Shown here: piece after piece, positions 36,447 to 46,056 of the stretch | Numbering within the stretch: position 1 is the stretch's first letter | Layout: every line of letters starts with the position of its first letter | NCBI GenBank assembly: GCA_041664345.1 | Contig: JBAYKX010000001.1 | Coordinates: 42,925 to 106,924, forward strand | Origin: Salinivirgaceae bacterium | GTDB lineage: Bacteria; Bacteroidota; Bacteroidia; Bacteroidales; SZUA-534 | Direction: 5' to 3' | Length of the DNA stretch: 64,000 nt | The notes under the pieces: generated by a model | What the model saw: the letters and a program-made list of their open reading frames with translations, nothing else | The model's database searches: none | Told to the model about the DNA's origin: nothing | Program-made: the position numbers and the translations under genes

Positions 36447-39029
36447 TTATCCGCACTTTGAGTATCCACAACTCTTGCAGGTAAGGCAACCATCTTGATA
36501 GACTATGGTATTCTTTTCTTCACATTCTGGACAAACCGTACCTTCTTTTGCCTTGGTTCCATCCTCAATGTATTTTTTCATGGCACGGGCTACTCCGTTT
36601 TTCCAGGTATTGATGGTCTCAGAATCCAACACCAGTGAATCAACCAGGTTAATTACCTGTGGAATAGGCATTCCGTAGCGCAACACACCGGAAATTAGCT
36701 TGGCATAGTTCCAGAATTCGGGATCAAATTTATGCGACAGCCCTTCCACCGTGGTTTTATACCCGTATTTGTTCACATACTGAAAATCATATCGGGTATT
36801 GCCTTCTTCGTCTTTATTTTTGATTATTTTTCCTTGTTCCACGGTTTTTGGTAGCGGCAACACATCGTCTTCGGCTAAACCGGTGAATATCTCGTAAGGT
36901 TTGTTTTCCATCAATCCTACAAAAGCAATCCACTTTTCGTTGTTGTTGTTGAACCGCAAAATATCGGCCTCCAAAACCCGTGGACGTTTCAATTCAAACA
37001 TGGATATTTTTTCTTCGGGTGCTTCTTCCTTCTTCTCCTCTTTTTTGTTCGAAACCAGCACTCCCGAACGGGAACCATCGCGATAAACAGTAACTCCCTT
37101 GCAACCGCTTTGCCAAGCCTGTACATACAATTCGCCCACTAAATCCTCAGTGGCATCGTTAGGTAGGTTTATGGTTACACTAATAGAATGATCGACCCAT
37201 TTTTGGATTCCCCCTTGCATTTTAACTTTCTGATGCCAATCCACATCGTTTGAAGTAGCTTTGTAGTAAGGTGATTTTTCAACCAAAGCTTGTACTTTTT
37301 CTTCACTCATGTGACGGATGTCTTCGTCGTAGTGTCCGTTCACTTTCATCCAGGTAATAAAATGGTGGTGGAACACATTGTATTCTTCCCAGCTATCGCC
37401 GATTTCATCAACAAAGGTAATGTTCACATTTTGATCGTTGGGATTAACCTTACGACGGCGTTTGTAAACGGGCATAAATACCGGTTCAATACCCGAGGTT
37501 GTCTGGCTCATTAAGCTGGTAGTGCCCGTTGGTGCAATGGTAAGTAAAGCAATATTGCGTCGTCCGTAGCGCATCATGTCGTTATACAAGGTTTCATCGG
37601 CTGCTTTTATCAGCAAAATCATGGGATTGTTTTTCTCCCTTTCGGCTTCAAAAATGGTAAACGATCCACGTTCTTTGGCCATTTCGGTTGATGACCGATA
37701 AGCTGCCAATGCCAATGCTTTTTGAACCTCAATGGAAAATTCGTTGGCATTGGGTGTACCATAACGCAATCCTAGTGCGGCAATCATGTCGCCCTGTGCA
37801 GTAATACCCACTCCGGTACGGCGACCTTCTTTAGCTTTTTGTTTAATGTTTTCCCAAAGTTTGGTTTCAATGCGTTTTACTTCATGCTCTTCGGGGTCGG
37901 CAGTAATTTTATTAATAATTGCATCAATTTTTTCTAATTCCAAATCAATAATATCATCCATAATGCGCTGAGCGTAGCCCACATGTTTTTTGAATTTTTC
38001 AAAATTAAACGATGCTTCTGATGTAAATGGATGCTCAACATAGCTATATAAATTCACGGCCAACAAACGACAGCTATCATAAGGACACAAAGGAATTTCA
38101 CCACAAGGATTTGTTGATACCGTTTTATAACCCAAGTCGGCATAACAATCGGGAATGCTTTCGCGGATAATGGTATCCCAAAAAAGGATTCCAGGTTCAG
38201 CTGATTTCCATGCGTTATGAACAATTTTTTCCCAGAGTTTGTGTGCATCAATCTCTTTTACAACGGAAGGGGACTTTGAATCAACTGGATACTGAGTATG
38301 ATAGGGAATGCCATTAACAATTGAATGCATAAATTCATCGTCAATTTTAACCGATACATTGGCACCGGTTACTTTGCCCGATTCTAATTTTGCATCAATA
38401 AACGATTCGGCATCGGGGTGTTTAATTGATACGGAAAGCATCAACGCTCCACGGCGGCCATCTTGTGCTACTTCGCGAGTTGAGTTTGAATACCGTTCCA
38501 TGAATGGGACCAATCCGGTGCTGGTTAAGGCTGAATTTTTCACCGGGCTACCTTTTGGACGGATGTGTGAAAGATCGTGTCCCACACCACCTCTTCGTTT
38601 CATTAATTGCACCTGTTCCTGGTCAATCATCATAATCCCTCCGTACGAATCAGCGGCATTGGTGCGTCCCACAACAAAGCAGTTCGAAAGTGAAGCAATC
38701 TGATAATCATTACCAATGCCGGTCATTGGTCCACCTTGTGGAATGATGTATTTAAAATCCTTCAGTAACTCAAACAACTCCTCTTCGGATAGTGGATTTG
38801 GGTACTTTTTTTCAATCCGGTAAATCTCAGCCGCTAATCGGCGATGCATATCATCGGGATTGCATTCATAAATGTTTCCATGCGAATCCTTCAACGCATA
38901 TTTATTCACCCAAACGGTGGCGGCTAAGTCGTCACCTTTAAAATATTCCAACGATGCTTTTACCGCTTCTTCGTAGGAATAAGTCTTTTTCTTTTGTTCT
39001 GTTTTTACAGCCATTTCTTCAGTTAACAT
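36447..39029 (-). CDS. nrdJ: Adenosylcobalamin-dependent (class II) ribonucleotide reductase
   Basis: 860-aa ORF with the RNR active-site region NPCGEIPLCPYDSCRLLAVNL, the APTGTTS loop and a C-terminal Cys-rich tail (CPECEEKNTIVYQDGCLTCKSCGYSKCG) typical of monomeric/dimeric NrdJ. Confidence 0.85.
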   Translation of the reverse strand: MLTEEMAVKTEQKKKTYSYEEAVKASLEYFKGDDLAATVWVNKYALKDSHGNIYECNPDDMHRRLAAEIYRIEKKYPNPLSEEELFELLKDFKYIIPQGGPMTGIGNDYQIASLSNCFVVGRTNAADSYGGIMMIDQEQVQLMKRRGGVGHDLSHIRPKGSPVKNSALTSTGLVPFMERYSNSTREVAQDGRRGALMLSVSIKHPDAESFIDAKLESGKVTGANVSVKIDDEFMHSIVNGIPYHTQYPVDSKSPSVVKEIDAHKLWEKIVHNAWKSAEPGILFWDTIIRESIPDCYADLGYKTVSTNPCGEIPLCPYDSCRLLAVNLYSYVEHPFTSEASFNFEKFKKHVGYAQRIMDDIIDLELEKIDAIINKITADPEEHEVKRIETKLWENIKQKAKEGRRTGVGITAQGDMIAALGLRYGTPNANEFSIEVQKALALAAYRSSTEMAKERGSFTIFEAEREKNNPMILLIKAADETLYNDMMRYGRRNIALLTIAPTGTTSLMSQTTSGIEPVFMPVYKRRRKVNPNDQNVNITFVDEIGDSWEEYNVFHHHFITWMKVNGHYDEDIRHMSEEKVQALVEKSPYYKATSNDVDWHQKVKMQGGIQKWVDHSISVTINLPNDATEDLVGELYVQAWQSGCKGVTVYRDGSRSGVLVSNKKEEKKEEAPEEKISMFELKRPRVLEADILRFNNNNEKWIAFVGLMENKPYEIFTGLAEDDVLPLPKTVEQGKIIKNKDEEGNTRYDFQYVNKYGYKTTVEGLSHKFDPEFWNYAKLISGVLRYGMPIPQVINLVDSLVLDSETINTWKNGVARAMKKYIEDGTKAKEGTVCPECEEKNTIVYQDGCLTCKSCGYSKCG

Positions 39030-39258
39030 TTTTGCACAATTTATCCGGTTTAAAACTCGTTGAGACTACTTGATTTTCGATCTTCTGAGGGTGACAGAAT
39101 CGTTATGCGAAAATAGCGCATAACCGAAAAAAAGTGAAATCCACTTATTAACATTTTATGACAAAAATATTTCAAACGTTTGTATTCGAGAAGCTTATCC
39201 AGTTGATTTCTCAATTTTGGGTCAATAAAAGACTTTAATATCTGAAATAAAAAGCTAT

Positions 39259-40494
39259 TTAAATAGAGGCAAATAATGTATTTTGAAGGATTGTTTGAGT
39301 CCCACCCTTCATACTATGAACGTATTTTAAGGCAGCTTTTCCAGCACTAATTTGAATATCTTCCGATTGAATCAATTCATCCATCTTTTGCTTAAAACTG
39401 GAGTACGTTTTGATGGAAAAACCAGCTTTTTGATCGATTAAGTCACAAGCTTCCTGAAACCGAAGATAGTTTGGGCCAAATACAATGGGAAGCCCATAAG
39501 TAGCTGCTTCCAGCGTGTTATGGATGCCTTTACCAAACCCTCCACCGATATAAGCAATTTTACCGTATTTGTATAACGACGAGAGTATTCCTATGCTATC
39601 AATGACTAAAATGTTGAATTGGTTTATATTTTGAATCGTTGATTTGGAATAAAACATCAATTGTCCTTGAAACAAGTTGTTGATTTTATCGAGATGGGCT
39701 TGGTGTATTTCGTGCGGGGCAATTATCCATTTGATGGTCGGGTTTTCTTTTGAATAAAGTGCAATTAGTTCTTCGTCTTTTTCCCAAGTGCTTCCGGCAA
39801 CAATTACTGGATTGTTTGCTGTAAATTTTTCAATTAACGGCAATTCTTTTGAAGTTTGTGCTAACGCAAAAACCCGGTCGAATCGGGTGTCGCCGGCAAC
39901 TATTATTTTGGTAATTCCTATATTCTTAAGTAACTCCGCCGATTCTTGATTTTGCACATAAATCAGGGTAAAGAATTGCAGCATCTTTCGGTACCAGCTC
40001 CCGTACCATCTAAAAAATAGTTGGTTGCGTCGGAAAATGGCGGAGAAAAGGTACGTGGGAATTTCTTTTTTTTGAAGCCGATTTAAATAATGAAACCAAA
40101 AATCGTACTTTACAAAAAAAGCCACTTTGGGGTTTACGGTTTGAATAAACTGTCGGGCATTTCTTGGGGTATCGGCTGGTAGATAAAATATATAATCGGC
40201 TCCGGAATAATTCTTTCTGATTTCGTAGCCCGAAGGGGAAAAAAAAGTTAACAACAGTTTATACTCTGGATGAGCCTCACGAAAGGCTTCCATAACCGGC
40301 CTGCCTTGTTCAAATTCACCCAACGATGAAACGTGGAACCAGACAATAGGTGTTCCAGCAGGGATACTGTTTTTCAGGTTTTTGAGTAGGTTCTTTCTGC
40401 CGGCTATCCATAAATTGGCTTTTTGATTACCAATGGAAGCTAATCTGATTATAAATACATAAACGTGAATGCCAAGGGTGTAAATAAGTTGCAT
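39259..40494 (-). CDS. waaA: 3-deoxy-D-manno-octulosonic acid (Kdo) transferase
   Basis: 411-aa ORF that is colinear with E. coli WaaA as I recall it: VWFHVSSLGEFEQGRPV, PHE..H, GGGFGKGIHNTLEAATYGLPIVFGPN. Confidence 0.85.
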   Translation of the reverse strand: MQLIYTLGIHVYVFIIRLASIGNQKANLWIAGRKNLLKNLKNSIPAGTPIVWFHVSSLGEFEQGRPVMEAFREAHPEYKLLLTFFSPSGYEIRKNYSGADYIFYLPADTPRNARQFIQTVNPKVAFFVKYDFWFHYLNRLQKKEIPTYLFSAIFRRNQLFFRWYGSWYRKMLQFFTLIYVQNQESAELLKNIGITKIIVAGDTRFDRVFALAQTSKELPLIEKFTANNPVIVAGSTWEKDEELIALYSKENPTIKWIIAPHEIHQAHLDKINNLFQGQLMFYSKSTIQNINQFNILVIDSIGILSSLYKYGKIAYIGGGFGKGIHNTLEAATYGLPIVFGPNYLRFQEACDLIDQKAGFSIKTYSSFKQKMDELIQSEDIQISAGKAALKYVHSMKGGTQTILQNTLFASI

Positions 40495-40531
40495 GGGGGT
40501 CCGTTTTTATCTTTTGGGGAACTTAAAAAAA

Positions 40532-41286
40532 TCAATAGTAAAAGTATCCGGTTGATTGCTTCTGTCGGAAAGGAATGTAATAACCCAGTTTAAGTGCATA
40601 AATTAAATCAAGACGCTTAGTATCAATTTTTTGCTGTGTTGCAAAATCCCAATCACGGCGGTTTTCAGTAAAAGCTTGAGTAAATTCAAACCCAATTATA
40701 AAATGATACGCCCCCTTGGTACTAAAGTTTTGCCAGCCAATAAATTCTCCTATCAATATTCCGTTGCATAACCTATCGTAGCCTTTTACATAATCACCCG
40801 TTACTTGAGGCACATTGTTTCCATTACTTTCAATATAAATTTTATGCTGCAAAAAACCCAAATTGCCACGAATAAATATTCCACTGTTTTGATTACCCCA
40901 AAAACAGGAATTATTTTTCCCAACGTGCCAATTACTTTAAAGCCCGATTGCCGCATAGTAATCATACCCGGCTCACCATACATGTTGGTTATTTGATTGC
41001 TGCTATTGAGAATTCCTTCCAAGGTGTTTTGTTTTACTTCGCCTCCAAATAACACGGTAGCTTCGGCTCCAATCATCCAATTCAATTTGGTTTTAACACC
41101 CGCTCCACCACCAATTTCAGACCCTTCGCCAAAATCATTTACCAAATCGCCCGACGGAATCTGCAGGGAATAGGTAGCATAAACATAAGGAAACAATTCT
41201 TTTTTTTCTTTAGTTTGACCATTTACAGTCACTGATGTTAGACTGATTAAAGATAAAACAGCAAAACAGGAACAGAATATCTTCAT
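40532..41286 (-). pseudogene. Outer-membrane beta-barrel protein gene with a frameshift
   Basis: ORF 40801..41286 carries a signal peptide (MKIFCSCFAVLSLISLTSVTVNGQ). ORF 40532..40861 has no signal peptide and ends ..STGYFYY, like a barrel C-terminus. The two overlap in different frames. The frames can be joined at the tract cctgTTTTTGGGGtaatc (plus strand 40896-40905). Confidence 0.55.
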
Positions 41287-41481
41287 GAATTCACACCTTT
41301 TTTAAATTGTTGCAAATGTAACCCAAATTGAGCGATTTGGAAAAGCAAATCACTCAATCGACTAAGAAATTGTATGTAATTCACTTTATATTGTTCATCT
41401 GATTGGTGAACTGCAACAATTTCTAGGTCAGCCTGTCCCGATTTCTCGGGAGGGTTATTCCTAAGTAAAGCGCTTTTTCCC

Positions 41482-41515
41482 CCGAAGACTCGGGGTTAAA
41501 TCGCTCAACTTAGGT
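41482..41515. repeat. 34-nt repeat (second copy at 50254-50287)
   Basis: CCGAAGACTCGGGGTTAAATCGCTCAACTTAGGT versus CCGAGGACTCGGGGTCAAATCGCTCAACTTAGGT, with 2 mismatches. It contains a CCCGA-loop-TCGGG type hairpin. A related hairpin TCCCGAtttcTCGGGA sits at about 41447-41462. Confidence 0.7.
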
Positions 41516-41600
41516 GTAATAATCTTTTTCAGTTCTATGAGCCGTAAGGATAAGCACACTTATTTGTTTAAAAACAGGCCCATCAATCAGGGTGTGAAAT

Positions 41601-42971
41601 TTATTTGTTTAGTTCCACAAAATATTTGTAAAACAAGGGAATGGTTTCAATTCCTTTGTAAAAATTGAATAGCGGAAAGTTCTCATTGGGAGAGTGTATT
41701 GCATCCGACTCCAACCCAAAACCCATAAGTACTGTTTTAATTCCCAGGATGCGCTCAAAATCAGATATTATGGGAATACTTCCTCCGGAACGAACTGGTA
41801 CCGGTTGTTTGCCAAAAGTTTCAGTATAAGCTTTTTCAGCAGCTAAATAAGCGGGGGTATTGGTCGGGCATACATATCCTTGGCCTCCATGCAGCGCACG
41901 AACTATTACTTTCACACTATTTGGTGCAATGGATTCAAAATGCTCTTTAAAAAGTTTGGAAATAGTCTGATAATTTTGGTTGGGAACCAACCGGGTAGAT
42001 ATTTTAGCGAATGCTTTTGATGGCAATACTGTTTTTGCCCCTTCACCGGTGTAACCACCCCAAATGCCACAAACATCGAACGAAGGACGTATTCCGGTAT
42101 GTTCACTGGTGGTATATCCTTTTGCTCCGGCGAGTTCTTCTACTTCGATGGCTTTTTTATATGCCTCTTTGTTAAAAGGTGCTTTAGCCATCAGTGTTCT
42201 TTCCTGTGCTGATATTTCAATTACATCGTTGTAAAAACCCGGGATGGTAATATGCCCGTTTTCGTCAAGCATTTGAGAAATCATTTTTGCCAGAACTATA
42301 ATTGGATTACCTACCGCACCACCAAACAAACCAGAATGCAAATCACGGTTGGGACCGGTAACTTCCACTTCCCAATAGGCTAATCCTCTTAATCCCGAGG
42401 TAATTGACGGAATATCCTGAGCTATCATTCCTGTATCAGAAACCAGTATTACATCAGCTTTCAACAATTCTTTGTGATCCTGGCAGAACAAAGGTAAATT
42501 GGGCGATCCCACCTCCTCTTCACCTTCTATCATAAATTTTACATTACAAGGCAGTTGATTGGTGCTTACCATAAATTCAAACGCCTTAATGTGCATAAAC
42601 GATTGTCCTTTGTCATCATCGGCTCCACGGGCAAAAATTTTGCCATCGCGCACTTCTGGTTCAAAGGGTTTCGATATCCATTTTTCAATGGGGTCAACAG
42701 GCATTACGTCCATGTGGGCATAAACCAAAACCGTGGGAAGTTTGCGATTAATAATTTTTTCAGCATATACCACTGGATTTCCTTGGGTTTGAAATATTTC
42801 AGCGCGATCGGCTCCTGCATTCAGTAACGCTTGCTTAACATACTCAGCGGCCTTATGCATGTAGGGTTTATTATCGGCCAAAGAACTAATGGATGGAATT
42901 CGGATATAGTCAAACAGTTCGTTAAGGAAACGTTGTTTATTGGTTTCAATGTATTCTTTTAGTTGGTGCAT
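41601..42971 (-). CDS. M20-family dipeptidase
   Basis: 456-aa ORF with metal-ligand contexts VYAHMDVMP, RGADDDKGQ and IEGEEEVGS, plus a dimerisation-domain insert. Confidence 0.85.
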   Translation of the reverse strand: MHQLKEYIETNKQRFLNELFDYIRIPSISSLADNKPYMHKAAEYVKQALLNAGADRAEIFQTQGNPVVYAEKIINRKLPTVLVYAHMDVMPVDPIEKWISKPFEPEVRDGKIFARGADDDKGQSFMHIKAFEFMVSTNQLPCNVKFMIEGEEEVGSPNLPLFCQDHKELLKADVILVSDTGMIAQDIPSITSGLRGLAYWEVEVTGPNRDLHSGLFGGAVGNPIIVLAKMISQMLDENGHITIPGFYNDVIEISAQERTLMAKAPFNKEAYKKAIEVEELAGAKGYTTSEHTGIRPSFDVCGIWGGYTGEGAKTVLPSKAFAKISTRLVPNQNYQTISKLFKEHFESIAPNSVKVIVRALHGGQGYVCPTNTPAYLAAEKAYTETFGKQPVPVRSGGSIPIISDFERILGIKTVLMGFGLESDAIHSPNENFPLFNFYKGIETIPLFYKYFVELNK

Positions 42972-43107
42972 GGTAATTACTATTTAAAATTAATAATTTG
43001 AACAAGTGCTGTTATATTAAAATGTTTAAAGCTACTATTATAGAAACTAGAGAAGTTATGATGTAATTCAAAAATTAGTAAGTAAACTCATTTATGGGTA
43101 ATGTTGT

Positions 43108-43728
43108 TCATAAATTAATGACTTGTCGCTTAAATGCAGTTGAAAGATACCAATGAACCGACAATCCAAAAACCGGATAACTTTTGCTGTAACTGGCCCA
43201 CAAGGTTGCACCAATTCCCATATCGAAATAAAATTTCCAGGTTCCCTGTAAGGCCAAATATATTCCGGGTTCAAAAAACTTTTGGCTCCAATCTCTTCCC
43301 ACGCTGTCGGTATATAAATAATCGTAACCCCAATTAGCCGATGGACCGGCAAATATGGAATAATTAGCATGCAATTTTTCGATTCGCAATCCATAAGTTA
43401 GGTGCGTGCTTTTCATCCCATGAGGGTTTCGCGAGAAAGGAAGAAAAAGTCCGGTGTCTCTATCAAAAAACTGATCGCGCGAAGTTAAAAACCCAAATGC
43501 CAGGTAATGCTTTTTATAAACCCTGAAATGGGCATCCAAATTAAAATGAGGCTCCAATCCTTTTTCGTTGAAATTGTACCCCGACCCAAAACCGATGGTA
43601 AACCAAGGGCTGTTGGGTACATATTGTCGTCCTTCGTATATAAATTCGCGGTCCATATTGGTTTCCAACTGACTGTAAGTAAGCACAGAAAAAACCATTA
43701 ATAAAGCCGTAACTAAGGTTGCTTTCAT
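43108..43728 (-). CDS. Hypothetical exported, probable small beta-barrel protein
   Basis: 206-aa ORF with a signal peptide (LLMVFSVLTYSQ) and an alternating aromatic/Gly-rich pattern. I recognise no family. Confidence 0.5.
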   Translation of the reverse strand: MKATLVTALLMVFSVLTYSQLETNMDREFIYEGRQYVPNSPWFTIGFGSGYNFNEKGLEPHFNLDAHFRVYKKHYLAFGFLTSRDQFFDRDTGLFLPFSRNPHGMKSTHLTYGLRIEKLHANYSIFAGPSANWGYDYLYTDSVGRDWSQKFFEPGIYLALQGTWKFYFDMGIGATLWASYSKSYPVFGLSVHWYLSTAFKRQVINL

Positions 43729-43895
43729 GATGAAAATTCAATTTGCGTTTTTATTCATAGCCAAAATAAATTTTGAGAGCAAATTAACATATTTTCCGAA
43801 AACCATCGAAAATTCAGTTGAGGTGGGTTTAATGAATGAGAACAAGGTTAAAAATTACACATTGTAGAATTGGATTTATAGCGGGTTAGCAATAG

Positions 43896-44417
43896 TTACT
43901 TTATACTAATTTCAAGATTTTTACCCAATCCTGTTTCAATTATTTTTCGTAGTGTTCCTAACTCAACATCCGTTCTGTCGTTTTCAATTCTTGAAATATA
44001 TGTTCTCGATGTTCCGCTCATTAAGGCTAATTCCTCTTGTGTTAATCCAAGTGAAATTCTTGATTCTTTTATTAATCTTCCTATTCTTAAAGCCAAATCC
44101 GATTTTTCAGCATTACTATATTTCAATAAAACATCAGCTCCAATTTCAAAAGGTACTTTCATTTTCTCTTTGTTTCGCATAGTAATGAATAATTCAACAT
44201 TATTCCATGATAAAGTATTATTTTCCAGTTCCACTTTTGAGAATTCTTCAGTCTTATAAAGAATTCTTGCTGGTGAATTTTCAACTAGTTTTAAACTATT
44301 TAATACTTTTCTAAAGTCTATTATTCGGGATTCCCCATTGTTAAAAACAACCGAAATTGATAATTCCTTAACCCAATTAATCTTTAAAATCCTTGGCATT
44401 TTTATCGTCTTTCTCAT
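43896..44417 (-). CDS. DUF2442-like N-terminal domain fused to an XRE-type HTH domain
   Basis: The N-terminus (MPRILKINWVKELSISVVFNNGESRIIDF) resembles DUF2442. The C-terminus (LGLTQEELALMSGTSRTYISRIENDRTDVELGTLRKII) is a classic HTH_3/XRE domain. The gene lies in an AT-rich patch. Confidence 0.6.
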   Translation of the reverse strand: MRKTIKMPRILKINWVKELSISVVFNNGESRIIDFRKVLNSLKLVENSPARILYKTEEFSKVELENNTLSWNNVELFITMRNKEKMKVPFEIGADVLLKYSNAEKSDLALRIGRLIKESRISLGLTQEELALMSGTSRTYISRIENDRTDVELGTLRKIIETGLGKNLEISIK

Positions 44418-44435
44418 AACAATTCTGGATTTAAT

Positions 44436-44507
44436 TCATAAAATACCTCTATAATCACCACTGTAGATAAGAATTTTGATTCCATCGATTATGTCAAGTG
44501 TTGACAT
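44436..44507 (-). pseudogene. Possible truncated DUF4160-like ORF upstream of the DUF2442-HTH gene
   Basis: 23 codons, MSTLDIIDGIKILIYSGDYRGIL*, resemble the N-terminus of DUF4160 proteins (..G..I.IY..DH.PPHFH) but stop before the His motif. DUF4160/DUF2442 genes are usually paired. Confidence 0.3.
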
Positions 44508-44774
44508 ATTCCATTTTTTAAACAAATGTACCTTTTTAGATACAATCTACAAAAATAATTAAGCTGAAAATTAACAAAGAGTTCTTTTTTTAATTGCTAA
44601 CGATGGCTATAAACCCAGTACTTGTTAATAACCTTACAATGGATTTACTACAATACAAATAACCAAATTTATAATTGAAATGGGAAATTTAACAAATACT
44701 TAAAAATCGCAGCAAGCATTATAGTGAATTTAAAGGTTGTAGGTGTAAGCAGAAAATACGGAACTCAGAAGTAG

Positions 44775-45359
44775 TTAATCCTCTCTTTTATAATCCTTTA
44801 ATTCGTTGGCTGCAATTTCCAATTGTTCATACCAATCTTTTCCGTATTTGCGGATGAGAGGGGTTTTTACAAATTTATATAAAGGCACTCCAAGGGTTTC
44901 GCCTTGAATCCGGGCTGGCATACAAAGTTTGTTCGATTCATAATTTACTGCATCGTATTCGTTGAGTTTTTTAATGCGTATGGGGTATAAATGGCAGGAG
45001 ATTGGTTTTTGAAAGGTTATATTCCCTTCCAGAAATGCTTTTTCGATGGCACAAAAAATGATTCCTTTTTCCCCCACATAGGTATAAACGCATTCCTGAG
45101 TATCATTGAGCGGAGTTACTTTGTCGCCTTCAAAATCAACCGTCCAGGTTCCAATTTTTTCTACCGTTTCAATACCTTTTGGGGTCATATAGTTTTTAAC
45201 TACCGGGTAGATTTGTTCCAATATACTTATTTCATCGGCTCCCAAAGGTGCACCGGAGTCCCCTTCGGCACAGCAAGCTCCTTTGCAGGCACCCAGGTTG
45301 CAAACAAACTTTTTCTCAAAAATATCAAGACTAATTAATGTATTCTCTATCTGTAACAT
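44775..45359 (-). CDS. DUF3109 family Cys-rich protein
   Basis: 194-aa ORF with the N-terminus MLQIENTLISLDIFEKKFVCNLGACKGACCAEGDSGAPL, characteristic of DUF3109. Confidence 0.7.
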   Translation of the reverse strand: MLQIENTLISLDIFEKKFVCNLGACKGACCAEGDSGAPLGADEISILEQIYPVVKNYMTPKGIETVEKIGTWTVDFEGDKVTPLNDTQECVYTYVGEKGIIFCAIEKAFLEGNITFQKPISCHLYPIRIKKLNEYDAVNYESNKLCMPARIQGETLGVPLYKFVKTPLIRKYGKDWYEQLEIAANELKDYKRED

Positions 45360-45440
45360 GCTAATTTGTTTTGTTGGGCAAATTTATAGGAATGGGTTGG
45401 GTTATGCAAATCGGATGTTTTTAAAGTAGATGTAAAATCA

Positions 45441-45980
45441 TTACTTAGGTCGAATAATGCCAGAGCAGATTTCATCGGTATTAAAATAGTGCGATTCTTT
45501 TAGCTTATAGTGGTGGTTTATTTCAGGTAGCTTTTGGCAATAGGCAATCAATTGGTTTAAAGGCGGTGTAAATTGGCTTCCAATTAGCAAGTGATTGCTC
45601 CGCTGGCCTTGAATCATCCAATCGATATTCACTTTATAAACTACCGTATCAAGGTCGTTTTTGTTCATCGGGGTAAGATACAGTTCCGTTAATGACTCAA
45701 GCAGTAAATTTACTGAATCAACTTGCTTTTTGTTCAACTCAATAAAAAAGTTTTTTTGGTATAAAACACCATCCTTGTTAAACCTGCTGGTGCGAAATAT
45801 CAATTTTCCCTGGCTATTTAGCTCCATGCATTCAGGCAATAAACCTTTGGGACTTAATTCATCGGATATCACAATGGAGAATTGTTCTATCGTTTTGTTA
45901 TTATCAAAGGAGCAAGCACTATTCAGACTTGTTATAATGGCGAGTGCAATAACATGAAGGGGCGTATAAGTAATTTTCAT
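45441..45980 (-). CDS. Hypothetical lipoprotein
   Basis: Start placed at MKITYTPLHVIALAIITSLNSACSF (lipobox). This avoids overlap with yaaA. I recognise no family. Confidence 0.5.
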   Translation of the reverse strand: MKITYTPLHVIALAIITSLNSACSFDNNKTIEQFSIVISDELSPKGLLPECMELNSQGKLIFRTSRFNKDGVLYQKNFFIELNKKQVDSVNLLLESLTELYLTPMNKNDLDTVVYKVNIDWMIQGQRSNHLLIGSQFTPPLNQLIAYCQKLPEINHHYKLKESHYFNTDEICSGIIRPK

Positions 45981-46056
45981 TCTATCAGATAATTGTTTGA
46001 AACCTATAACCGATGAATAGTAAAAAGGTTTTCGGACAGGGCAATTTGGATGATTT

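Noticed and set aside
39030-39258. Cobalamin riboswitch or NrdR box in the nrdJ leader; hairpin GTTATGCG-aaaatag-CGCATAAC at 39102-39124.
   Set aside because: I could not find a B12-box-like core or paired NrdR-type boxes by eye. The hairpin has no T run after it on the minus strand (the T run precedes it), so it is neither a clear attenuator nor the waaA terminator. It is left unassigned; an Rfam scan would settle it.
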